DNA from: Planctomycetota bacterium
Lineage (GTDB): Bacteria; Planctomycetota; JAJSAM01; JAJVHW01
DNA length: 64,000 nt
Assembly (NCBI GenBank): GCA_021776825.1
Contig: JAJFFG010000087.1
Span: 1,850 to 65,849, forward strand
Direction of reading: 5' to 3'
Below the pieces are notes generated by a model. The model was not told where the DNA came from. It saw nothing but the letters and a program-made list of their open reading frames with translations, and did not search any database. The position numbers and the translations under genes were made by a program. This document shows, piece after piece, positions 47,139 to 56,619 of this stretch. The first letter of the stretch is position 1. Every line of letters begins with the position of its first letter.

Positions 47139-48554
47139 ATGAGCGATCCGGCCCACTCCGCATCCCCTGAGCGCGACACCGCTCACGTCGGGGCAGATGT
47201 CGTCAAGGGGCTCTACGCGTCGACGAAGCTCGGGCACCTCTACGGCTTCGACGGACGCGTGGCTCGCGAGGCCCGCGAGAAGCTGATGAGCGTGCTCCAC
47301 GAGGCGTTCACCCGCTACGGCGGCGCGATGCTGCGGCTCGCCAACGAGACGCTGTATCTGAACGAAGCGCGACTGCGGATGGACTTCGACGGTTTCGTCG
47401 CGTTCCGCTACGTCGTCAACCTGTTCGACGAGCGTGGCATCGGCGAGATCGCGATCCCCGCCGGAGTGCAGGAGCCCGAGGTCGTGCAGTTCCTCGAGGC
47501 GGTCCTGAGTGTGGATCTCCAGGCCGACGAGCCGCCCCTCGCTCAGCTCGAACGGGCGATCATCGACAAGCGCGTCACCAACATCACCGTCGGCGAGCCG
47601 CGCGAAATCGAGGAGGAGGCCGACGACGAGGACCCCCTCGGCGATCTGCGCCAGGCGAGCATCCAGGCGTACTTCCGCTCGATCTTCGTCGTGAAGTCAC
47701 TGGCTGCTCAGAGCCGCCGCCCGGACGAGCCGATCGAGATGCGCAAGGCCAAGCGCGTCGTCCACGAGATGGTCGATCTGCTCGAGCGGGACGAGACGAC
47801 CCTGCTCTCGCTCATCGCCCTGAAGAACTTCGGCGACTACGCCGCCAACCACGCGGCGAACGTCGCCGCGCTCTCGATCGTGATCGGCAAGCGCGTCGGG
47901 CTACCGCGCCCGCTGCTCGCCGACCTTGGACTCTGCGCTCTGCTGCACGACATCGGTCGCAACGCAGTCGAGGACGATGGCACAGACGACGAGGAGCGTC
48001 ACGCTGTCGCCGGAGCGCGCACGTTGCTCCGCGACGGCGGGTATGCCGACGGAGCGGTGCGCGCGGTGCTGACGGCCCGCTGGCATCACGAGGGACCGAC
48101 GCGCGCGTCCGGAGGGCCGTCGCCCTTGATGCACCGCATCGTGCGCGTCGCCGACGTGTACGACACGCTGACGACGCCCGCCGGGCCAAGGCACCCGGCC
48201 CTTGCGCCGGCGACGGTCATCAACCTGCTCTCCCGCGACGACGGGACACACTTCGACCCGCTCGTGGTGAAGACGCTCGCCAGCGTGTGCGGCCCCCACC
48301 CGCTCGGCACGGTCATCGACCTCGACACCGGCGAGCGCACGCTCGTCTGCGGTCGCAACCCGCACTTCGACGACCCGCGGAGGCCGGTCGTCCGCGTCCT
48401 CCAGGACGAGTACGGCGACGACGTGACCGAACGCACCGAGATCGATCTGAGTCGCGTGGATCGCGAGAAGGGCCGCTTCGCCCACGAGATCGTGCAGAGC
48501 TACTCGGCCGGTCGGATCTTCAAGAAGCCTGCCGACTTCGTCGACGCGCTCTAG
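47139..48554 (+). CDS. HD-GYP-like domain protein (GYP loop degenerate)
   Basis: NHAANV, LLHDIG, WHHE, RIVRVADVYD, FDP; no GYP motif. Confidence 0.75.
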   Translation: MSDPAHSASPERDTAHVGADVVKGLYASTKLGHLYGFDGRVAREAREKLMSVLHEAFTRYGGAMLRLANETLYLNEARLRMDFDGFVAFRYVVNLFDERGIGEIAIPAGVQEPEVVQFLEAVLSVDLQADEPPLAQLERAIIDKRVTNITVGEPREIEEEADDEDPLGDLRQASIQAYFRSIFVVKSLAAQSRRPDEPIEMRKAKRVVHEMVDLLERDETTLLSLIALKNFGDYAANHAANVAALSIVIGKRVGLPRPLLADLGLCALLHDIGRNAVEDDGTDDEERHAVAGARTLLRDGGYADGAVRAVLTARWHHEGPTRASGGPSPLMHRIVRVADVYDTLTTPAGPRHPALAPATVINLLSRDDGTHFDPLVVKTLASVCGPHPLGTVIDLDTGERTLVCGRNPHFDDPRRPVVRVLQDEYGDDVTERTEIDLSRVDREKGRFAHEIVQSYSAGRIFKKPADFVDAL

Positions 48555-50269
48555 TCTTCGTAGGGCATCTCGACCGTGTCGAGGCGCGGGAGGTCGCCGC
48601 CGGTCCCGAGGCCGCCGAAGCGCACGCGGAAGCGCACGAAGCGCAGGCCGGGCACGCGCGAGAGGTCGGCCTCCCAGGCGCTGGCGAGGGCGACGTCCGG
48701 GCGGCCGTCTGGGCCCGCCGCCGTCGTCTGGAACTCGATCATCACTCCCGGGTCGAGCCGCACGGGGGGACGTCGAACGAGCGCCGAGCGCCAAGCGGGG
48801 CGCGGCGCGCCGGCGTCGTACCACGTCGAGAGCGCGCGGGGCGCGCCGCCGGTGACGAGCAGCGCAGCGGCGGGCATGAGCCGATCGACGCCGGCATCGG
48901 CAACGAGGGCCAGGCCCTCGACGTCGAGAGTGGCCGCGAGGCGCAGTTCCGATCCCGCGTGGACGCGGACCTCGACGAGCGTCCCAAGCCCCGGCACAAG
49001 GCGGACCGGCGACTGGAACGGCACGTCGACGTAGCCCAGTCCGTCGTCAGTGATCTCCACCACGAGCGGCTCGGTGGTGCGCGCCACGTCGCGCAGGTCC
49101 GCGGCAACGCGATTGGCGTCGAACGTCGGGTCCGCCCCCGTCAACGGGCTCGATCCGGCGAGCACGGCGACGGCCTCGACCTCGGAGCCCGGCGTCGCTC
49201 CGGCGAACCACAGTCGCATCCCCGATGCCGAGCCGCTCGGCGCCGCGTCGGCCGGGAACAGCACTTGGAAGAGCAGTTCGTCGCGCGGGCGCAGCTCGAG
49301 CGGATGACCGTCGTGCTCGCTCGCGCTCCAGACGAGGCGGCCGGCGCGAGCAACGAGGTAGCCCGGATGGCGCGGATCGGCCCACCCGGCGGTGGTCCCC
49401 TCCGGATCGGACTGCCCGGTCGTGATGAACTCCTCGGTCAACCGGTGGAGGCGGGTCGCCTCGGTTCGGAAGGCGATCGTGGCGGCGCGCGCCGGGTTGC
49501 CGGCGGTGTCGACGAGTGTCGGGCGCACCGACAGGACCACGTCGGCGTCGGGCGGCAACGGTCGACGGGGGCGCACCACGATGCGCGTCAGATCCGGCGA
49601 GATCCGCGTCTGCACGGCGACCGCCTCGCGGTCGACCGTGAGCGACACGGCCTGACCCCGACGGATCGCTCCGCGCAGCAGTGGCTCGGAGAACCGCAGT
49701 TCGACGTGTGAGCCGGGAGTGGCGCCCGTCGCACCATCACTCGGCGTGGACGCCACGAGGCGCGGCCCCTCGAGATCCGCGCGGCGCCGAGCGACGGCGC
49801 GGAACGGCAAATCGAGGCGCTCGCTCAGCATCTCGCCGTCCATCGACCGCACCGCACGCGGCGACGGCAGACCGTGGACGCGCAGCATCAGCACCTCGCC
49901 GATCGGGAACTCACGTCCGGCCGGCGGGGCCACGACCAGCGTCGATCCCTCGACCCACGCCCGCGCCTTGCGGATGGGACGCTGGCCCGCGCGAAGCACG
50001 CGCACCGACCGCCGCCCCACGGAGCCGACGTCGAGGGTCCGCGTGAAGCGGACACGAAGGGCGCCTCCGGCCGAGATCCCGCCATCCCTGAGATTGGTCC
50101 CGGCCAGGCCAAACGACTGAGCGGCGGCGGCCGGGCCGAGCGGAGCGACCTCGGTCGACGGCTCGCACGCAGCGAGCACGAACGCAGCGAGCACGGCAGC
50201 CACTCGGGCGGCACGAGGCAGACTCGTCCACGCCGTCGCCGATCCATCGCAGTCCGCCATCACCCGCAT
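48551..50269 (-). CDS. Ig-like (Big_5-type) domain lipoprotein
   Basis: Lipobox LAAC; P.LVASTPSDGATG, ELRFSEPL, LVDTAGNP; start uncertain. Confidence 0.7.
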   Translation of the reverse strand: MRVMADCDGSATAWTSLPRAARVAAVLAAFVLAACEPSTEVAPLGPAAAAQSFGLAGTNLRDGGISAGGALRVRFTRTLDVGSVGRRSVRVLRAGQRPIRKARAWVEGSTLVVAPPAGREFPIGEVLMLRVHGLPSPRAVRSMDGEMLSERLDLPFRAVARRRADLEGPRLVASTPSDGATGATPGSHVELRFSEPLLRGAIRRGQAVSLTVDREAVAVQTRISPDLTRIVVRPRRPLPPDADVVLSVRPTLVDTAGNPARAATIAFRTEATRLHRLTEEFITTGQSDPEGTTAGWADPRHPGYLVARAGRLVWSASEHDGHPLELRPRDELLFQVLFPADAAPSGSASGMRLWFAGATPGSEVEAVAVLAGSSPLTGADPTFDANRVAADLRDVARTTEPLVVEITDDGLGYVDVPFQSPVRLVPGLGTLVEVRVHAGSELRLAATLDVEGLALVADAGVDRLMPAAALLVTGGAPRALSTWYDAGAPRPAWRSALVRRPPVRLDPGVMIEFQTTAAGPDGRPDVALASAWEADLSRVPGLRFVRFRVRFGGLGTGGDLPRLDTVEMPYED

Positions 50270-50340
50270 GCCTTCATCTTGTATGACGTAAACCTCGCCC
50301 GAAAGTGTCACGTTCATGTCCCGATTTGTGCGGCTCGGGC

Positions 50341-50958
50341 TCACTCGGTGTCGTCGATCGTATCGCTCAGGATCTCCCGCAGGGCGGCGTGGGCTCGATT
50401 CAGTCGCGATTTCACGGTGCCCGGTGGCAGCTGCAGGATGTCTCCGATCTCCTCGTAGCTGAGCCCCTGCGGGTACCTCAGGAACGTGACCTGCGCGAGT
50501 TTCGGGGACAGGCGCTCGATCGCCGCGCGGACGAACTCGGCCCGCTCGGCCTCGAGCGTCTTCGCTGCCGGGCGACCTGACGGCGGCGCAGCCGGCTCGG
50601 GCACGCCCCGACCTTCACCGTCGTCCGGGCGGCCATCACGATCGGTCCGCGGCCCCAACGAGAGTGCCCGATGCCGGCGCTCACGACGCTGCAAGTCGAT
50701 GCACTGGTTCAGCACGACGCGATAGAGCCACGACGTGAATCGTGCGCGCGCCTGGAACCGAGAGGCCTTGCGATAGACCGTCAGGAACGCCTCCTGCACG
50801 GCATCGGCCGCGAGGGCTCGGTCACCGAGCACGCGGTACGCCAGGTCTGCCGCGCGGCGCTGATGGCGCTCGAAGATCACGGTGAAGGCTCGCTCGCGGA
50901 CCTTGGGGTCGCGGTCGTCGAATCGGCCGATCAGTTCCAGATCGCTCGGTTCGCTCAT
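50341..50958 (-). CDS. ECF (RpoE/SigW-like) RNA polymerase sigma factor
   Basis: DAVQEAFL, FTSWLYRVVLN, GLSYEEIGDILQLPPGTVKSRLNRA; ATG 50958 after GGAGGAG. Confidence 0.92.
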   Translation of the reverse strand: MSEPSDLELIGRFDDRDPKVRERAFTVIFERHQRRAADLAYRVLGDRALAADAVQEAFLTVYRKASRFQARARFTSWLYRVVLNQCIDLQRRERRHRALSLGPRTDRDGRPDDGEGRGVPEPAAPPSGRPAAKTLEAERAEFVRAAIERLSPKLAQVTFLRYPQGLSYEEIGDILQLPPGTVKSRLNRAHAALREILSDTIDDTE

Positions 50959-51331
50959 CCGGGACGCGGCTCCTCCGCCAGTGGACAGGACAAGCGAACA
51001 GTCGCTCCCCCTTCCGTCATTCCGGCGAACGAGCCGGAGGCCAGAGTATCCCCACGCGAGGCTCGGCGCCCGCGTGCCTGCTCTCACGCACCGCGAATGA
51101 GACCACCGCCTGACGTCGTGCGGAATCGCCCTCTCAATTTTCCCGACCCAACAGTCTCGATTTTCTCAAGTTGAGAGACCCTCACCTCATATCGACATAC
51201 AATCGCAACGCTGGTCGAACGACCGTGCTGGGCAGGCTCATGCGGCATTGCCGCAGTCCCACACGGCCCCGGGTCGGCCAGTGACACAGGAACCGACTCG
51301 CTCGGTTCCGTCACAGAGGGAGGGTGCCCCC

Positions 51332-51688
51332 ATGCGTGGGATTCACCACATTCCGCGTCGGTCACAGATTCTGACCGGCGCAGCTGCCTTCGTCCTCACT
51401 GCAGCGATGGCCGCGACGGCCAACCCGACTCCGCAAGTCGACAGCTTCGAGAAGCTGGGCATGGCGGGGGGAAACGACATCCTGGGCATCTCGGTCTCGG
51501 ACCCGATGCTCGATGGCGCCACGGTCGAGATCCACTGGGGGACGGACCCGAACAACGTTGTCGCGGTCGCCTCGGTCCAGCTCACGCTGGGCATGAACCA
51601 GGTGTTCATCACCGATCAAGGGCCGGGCTGGTACTCGCTGATTGGTGCCGTGGGCGGGACGGCGATCGACGACGATGGCATGGAGTAG
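51332..51688 (+). CDS. Small secreted hypothetical protein (118 aa)
   Basis: GGAGG RBS, signal peptide (RR..ILTGAAAFVLTAAMAATA), beta-rich mature part, acidic tail IDDDGME. Confidence 0.75.
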   Translation: MRGIHHIPRRSQILTGAAAFVLTAAMAATANPTPQVDSFEKLGMAGGNDILGISVSDPMLDGATVEIHWGTDPNNVVAVASVQLTLGMNQVFITDQGPGWYSLIGAVGGTAIDDDGME

Positions 51689-51703
51689 GCCGGATAACGC
51701 CGG

Positions 51704-54700
51704 TTAGCCCATCAGCGCTCGACGAACATCCTCGATGGAGAACGGCTTCGACAGGAGCCGGTCGACGCCGTTCGGAGGAGTCTCGAGGGCGCTGGTGATG
51801 ACGCCGGTCATGAGCACGATGCGGTCCGCCGCATCGTGCTCTCTTGCGCACTCGATGACGTCATAGCCCGAGACCTCGGGCATGTAGAGATCGGTGACCA
51901 CTACGTCGAAACGCTGGCCGTCGCGGAGCCGCGCGAGCGCCTCGGCGCCATCGACCGCCGACTCGACGACGAAGCCGCACTGCTCGGAGATCTCCGCCAC
52001 GATGTCGATGATCTCGGGATCGTCGTCGACGACGAGGGCGCGCCCGATCGTCCCCGGGGCTTCTTGCGCCGACGCCGTCGGTAGCGCGCGGACAGGGACC
52101 GTCACCTCGTCGATCGCCCACGGCAGCGAGACCAGCATCGTTGTCCCGACCCCGACGACAGAATCGACATCCAGCGTGCCGCCGTGGTGCTTCACGAGGT
52201 CCGCGGCGATGCTCAGCCCGAGTCCGTTCCCCTCATCCCCCTTCGTCGAGAAGAAGGGATCGAAGATGGAGGCACGGAGACGTTCCGGGATGCCCGGTCC
52301 GGTGTCGCCGACCGATACCAGCACCGCATCGTTGCGCACCTCGACGCGCACATCGAGGCGCCCTCCACCGTCCATCGCGTCGATGGCGTTCATCACGAGG
52401 TTGGTGAACACCTCGCGCAGCTCCGAGGGCACCCCGCGCACCATCGCGCGGCCGGGAGGGCAGAGGTTCATGCGCACGTCCGGCGCGGCTGACTTGTGGT
52501 TCGTGGCCCAACGCACGCGAGCGAAATCCAGCACCTCGCGAAGAAGTGTCGACGCGTCGAGCAACTCGACCTTGGCCTGCCCTCGTCCACGTGTCGCGTT
52601 CTGGATTCGTCGGATCGTCTCGGCCCCGTCCTCCGCAGCACGCTGGATGACCCCGAGCGAGCGCTCGACCCCGGGCGCCTGTCCGTTCTGGAGCAACAGT
52701 TCCGCATGGCCGAGGATGACCGAGAGTAGGTTATTGAAGTCGTGCGCCACCTCGCCGGCCATCTGTCCGAGCACGCGGAGGTTCTCGGCGCGCACAGCCT
52801 TCGCCCGGACGCGGCGAAGCTCGTCGACACGGCTCTCGAGTTGCTCGATGAGGCGTGCGTTCTCCAGCGCAATCGCAGCCTGCGCGGCGAAGCCATCCAG
52901 GAGCTGGACGTCTGACTCCGAGAAGCTCTTCGGCAGGCTCCGGTTCTCGGCGTACAGGTAGCCCACGATCTCGCCGCGCGCCTTCAGCGGCGCGATCAGG
53001 AGAGAGCGCGGCCGATAGCGCCGCACACTGGCCGCCCCACCCAGGGCGCTGGCCTGTGTCGCGTCGTCGAAGACGATCGTGCGCCCAGCCTCTTCTGCCG
53101 CCGACAGGGCCGACTGGCTCACCTCGGCGTCCGCACCATCGACGTCCCGGACCTCCGCAGCTTCGGCAATCTTGGCGTGCTTGGCGTCACCCTCTCCGAA
53201 GACGATTACCGCGCGCTCAGCGCGACAGACATCCAGCGTCGCGGAGACAATCTCACCTAGCGTCTCGGTGAGCGACGTAGATGAGCGTAGCCGCCGTGCG
53301 GACGCCAAGACGCGCTCCAGGCCCGCCGCTCGCCCTCTGGCTCCGCGAAACGTTGAGACCGCTCTGTGAAGTTCGGCTCGGAATGCCGTGAGACGCGATA
53401 CGCCGCGGTCAACCCGTCGCGGGCGCCGTGTGACGTCAACGCCAGCCGTCTCACCCACGGCTCCGAGCGGGAACTGGGCGGCGTACGCGCCACGAACATC
53501 CGGCCAGAGCCCGTGCAGGACGTCTTCCATTGCTGAAAGAATGCAGTGCGCCGTCACATCCGAAGGGTCAGCGCGACGCAGCACGATCTCGGACACGGCG
53601 AATGCCAGAGCCCACTCCCATCGCCGGCACCCGTGAGCACGCTTGTCCAGCATCGGGGACACATACTCCACGAGCCACATGCACGCGTCGCGGTCGCGCA
53701 CACCGTGGATTGCGATCGCGACAACGTGCGAGGCTGCCACGAACTCAAGCACTGCGTCCCCAACTTCGGCCGCGTCCGTCCCCCGCATGAACGCGAGCAA
53801 GTCAGGGAGTCGTCGCGTGTCCGGCAGGCCTCGACAGACGTCGCGCGCCAGAGGCCCAAGAAGCGGACTCCCCGAGTAGAGCGATTGCGCGATGGCTCGG
53901 ACGACAGCTCGAGTACGCAATGGCGTGTATGTGCGATGCGAGACGTAACGAAGGGCGACCCGCTTCGCCCGGTAGAACGCACGCTCGTGCACGTTCGCGG
54001 ATGATGCCATCGCAGGCCGCATCGCATGGCCGCACTCGACCTTGAGTCCATCGGCCAGCTCGCGAAGCTCGAAGTGATCGAACTCGACGCCGTCCGGCGG
54101 CGTGAGTCTCCAGCGGGAGTTCCACGCCTCCAAGCGATCTGCCGCGCCAGCTCGTATCCGCAACGCGTTCCGCCGCCACGCGGGTGCCGAGGTGACGGAT
54201 TCTCGCGCGGGGCCCTCGGCGTGGTCCAGTTCCGCTAGCGCCTCATCCGCATCTCCGGCCGCCAACCAACGGTGGGCGGCTCGTACCGAGAGGGCGAACG
54301 CGTCAGCTGCCATCCCCCAGGCGGAAGCGACGCGCGACAGAGCACGCCACTCACTGGCGTTCTCGCCGTCGCTTCGTTCATGCTGCGTGGCGATGAGCAG
54401 ATTCGTGTCGATCTTGAGGCGGGCTCGGATAGCGCCCGAGCCCTCGGCGAGGCCACGCGCAACTCGGAGGACTCGCACGGCAGACGCGACTCGACCGGAC
54501 ACGCGAAGTTCGTTTCCAAGGGTGGACAGCAGCAGGCTCACGTCGCTGTCGTCGAACGCTGCCCTTCGGCGAAGCGCGGCTCGGAGGACTCGATAGCCGC
54601 GACCCACGAAACGCCGCCGAGAGCCGAGCGCTCTGAACCTCGCCACGTGGGGTTCGATGTGTGGCTCGCGTCGCCGAGACCTCAACTGTGCAACGACCTT

Positions 54701-56545
54701 GCGCAACTCGTGGAAGCGCGATGCAGCCGCCAGCAGGTGCCCAACGCGCACGAGCCTCTGCGGGTCAGAGGCTGGCTCGTATCCGTCGAGCAGTTCTCGA
54801 GCAGCTCCGGTATCGCCGAGCTCGGCGTGGAGATCAGCCAGACGAAGCACCGAAGCCGGCGGCGGTGCCCATGAGGCCGTTCGAGCCATCTCTGCGGCTG
54901 CCGTGCACGCGGATCGCGTAGCCGCCGTGTCGCCCACGAGCACAGCCGACTCGCCTCGCTCAATGAGCGCTGTGAGTGCATCCGAGCTGGGAGGGGCGGT
55001 GCCTGCATGGCCACGCAGGCTCGCGACCACCGTGTCCGCGGGAGGCGGGCACGCCAGACCGGTTGTAACGCTTGCGGCCGCAGCCATCATCTCACCGTGT
55101 CCTGCGTTCTCGACCACGCTTCCACCGCAAACGCTGATCAGGCCGTCGCGACGCAGCGTGTTGGCCACCACCACGAATGCTTCACAAGAAGTGAACTCGG
55201 TCGAAGCGATCGCGGCCACGACGACGTCCGGTACGTGCGAGACCCCGAACTCCGCGTGACACAGCTCTCGTGTAAGCGACCAGCGTCCTCGGCGACTCCG
55301 AGGGGGACAGACGTTGGCGCTGACCGTCACGCGGACCCACTGTTCGCCAGCCGCCGCGAGAAGATGCCCAAGCTCCTTCCATGCGCCCCGGCCGAGAGCC
55401 TCCACCTCCCCGGTCGACGCGACGATCAGCCCCGGCCCCGCCCCCTTGAGCATTCGAACGATCTTGTGGACCGCGCCGCCAGACGCCGCGCGCCGAGCCT
55501 CCAGCTGCGATCTCAGGGCCGGCGAATTCCGTCCCGCGACACTCGCCGCTCCCAGCCACATCGCACCGAGACGGAACGCGTTCGCTCCACGCGCGATCCG
55601 CCAGCGATCGGCGATCGCCGTCAAGATCGCATTCCGGTGCTCGACGAGCGGCACGGCGATGGTGATCGGGACTTCGCCAGAATCTGCCGATGCCGCCGGG
55701 AGGCGCGCGACAAGAGAGCTAGCTCGATCTACGCACGATGCAACCGCCAAGTGCTGGGCATCGACTCCGGAGGCCCGAGGAGTGAGCCCAAGATCGATGG
55801 GCACTCCTCGATCAGCGGCGCACATCAGAGCTGAGACCAGCGGAGACGCAGAGGCGTCGAACAGGACTGTCGAGGCCTGTTTGGCCAGGACTGCTGCCCG
55901 TTCGCCCGAGAAGAGTCTTCGCCCGAGGCGCAACTCGCGAGCAAGCACCGCAAGTGCATACACGTCGTTGTGCGGCTGGGCGGAGTATCCAGACTCCCAA
56001 GCCGAGGGTGGCGCGTACCCGAGTGTGCCAGGGCACGAGGCCGCTCCTATCGGCCGGGCCAGTTCCCAGTCGATAATCCGGATCTCACCCGACGCCGTCA
56101 GCAGGACGTTCTCGGGCTTGATGTCACCGTGCACCCATCCGGCGGCGTGCGCGTGCGACGCGATGCGCACGAGTTGACCCACGACGCTCTCGATGTCTAT
56201 CTCAGCAGTCGGTTGCACCGACAGAGGTCGCCCATCGAGGAACTCCGTGACCACGCAGACGTGCTGGTCAGTCCGCACCATGTCGAGCGCACGCGGCACA
56301 CCGCGCTCGTGCATGGCCGTGAGCGCGCGGTACTCCATCTGGGCGCCAAGTGCTACGCTGGCGTCCGCTGCGCCGACGTCGCTCCGGGACCACCGCAAGA
56401 ACACGGTCCCACCATCCGCGGTCTCGCCCTCGCCGCAGCCACCCTCGCTCGCCGCCCGGAACACGGACCGAACCGTGTAGGGTCCGAAGTGCCCGAGGGG
56501 ATCGGAACGATCGCCTGACATCGCGGTGTTGCGGAGATTGGACAC
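51704..56545 (-). CDS. Giant hybrid sensor: Ser/Thr kinase domain + divergent helical region + GAF + histidine kinase + receiver
   Basis: HGDIKPENVLL, GTLGYAPP; GAF SLLIAPL...GYLYAEN...FSESD; AHDFNNLL, N/G1/F/G2 boxes; REC LVVDDD, TDLYMP, KPF. Confidence 0.85.
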   Translation of the reverse strand: MSNLRNTAMSGDRSDPLGHFGPYTVRSVFRAASEGGCGEGETADGGTVFLRWSRSDVGAADASVALGAQMEYRALTAMHERGVPRALDMVRTDQHVCVVTEFLDGRPLSVQPTAEIDIESVVGQLVRIASHAHAAGWVHGDIKPENVLLTASGEIRIIDWELARPIGAASCPGTLGYAPPSAWESGYSAQPHNDVYALAVLARELRLGRRLFSGERAAVLAKQASTVLFDASASPLVSALMCAADRGVPIDLGLTPRASGVDAQHLAVASCVDRASSLVARLPAASADSGEVPITIAVPLVEHRNAILTAIADRWRIARGANAFRLGAMWLGAASVAGRNSPALRSQLEARRAASGGAVHKIVRMLKGAGPGLIVASTGEVEALGRGAWKELGHLLAAAGEQWVRVTVSANVCPPRSRRGRWSLTRELCHAEFGVSHVPDVVVAAIASTEFTSCEAFVVVANTLRRDGLISVCGGSVVENAGHGEMMAAAASVTTGLACPPPADTVVASLRGHAGTAPPSSDALTALIERGESAVLVGDTAATRSACTAAAEMARTASWAPPPASVLRLADLHAELGDTGAARELLDGYEPASDPQRLVRVGHLLAAASRFHELRKVVAQLRSRRREPHIEPHVARFRALGSRRRFVGRGYRVLRAALRRRAAFDDSDVSLLLSTLGNELRVSGRVASAVRVLRVARGLAEGSGAIRARLKIDTNLLIATQHERSDGENASEWRALSRVASAWGMAADAFALSVRAAHRWLAAGDADEALAELDHAEGPARESVTSAPAWRRNALRIRAGAADRLEAWNSRWRLTPPDGVEFDHFELRELADGLKVECGHAMRPAMASSANVHERAFYRAKRVALRYVSHRTYTPLRTRAVVRAIAQSLYSGSPLLGPLARDVCRGLPDTRRLPDLLAFMRGTDAAEVGDAVLEFVAASHVVAIAIHGVRDRDACMWLVEYVSPMLDKRAHGCRRWEWALAFAVSEIVLRRADPSDVTAHCILSAMEDVLHGLWPDVRGAYAAQFPLGAVGETAGVDVTRRPRRVDRGVSRLTAFRAELHRAVSTFRGARGRAAGLERVLASARRLRSSTSLTETLGEIVSATLDVCRAERAVIVFGEGDAKHAKIAEAAEVRDVDGADAEVSQSALSAAEEAGRTIVFDDATQASALGGAASVRRYRPRSLLIAPLKARGEIVGYLYAENRSLPKSFSESDVQLLDGFAAQAAIALENARLIEQLESRVDELRRVRAKAVRAENLRVLGQMAGEVAHDFNNLLSVILGHAELLLQNGQAPGVERSLGVIQRAAEDGAETIRRIQNATRGRGQAKVELLDASTLLREVLDFARVRWATNHKSAAPDVRMNLCPPGRAMVRGVPSELREVFTNLVMNAIDAMDGGGRLDVRVEVRNDAVLVSVGDTGPGIPERLRASIFDPFFSTKGDEGNGLGLSIAADLVKHHGGTLDVDSVVGVGTTMLVSLPWAIDEVTVPVRALPTASAQEAPGTIGRALVVDDDPEIIDIVAEISEQCGFVVESAVDGAEALARLRDGQRFDVVVTDLYMPEVSGYDVIECAREHDAADRIVLMTGVITSALETPPNGVDRLLSKPFSIEDVRRALMG

Positions 56546-56619
56546 AGCACCCTTGGATCGGGCGTCATCGCTGTTCGGCTTGAGGTCTCCCGGCGACTTA
56601 GATTCAGTACTGGTGGGCG

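Noticed and set aside
51228-51244. Sigma54 -24/-12 promoter upstream of the small secreted gene (CTGGGCAGGCTCATGCG)
   Set aside because: Only GG-N10-GC spacing matches; too far from the TGGCAC-N5-TTGC consensus to call.
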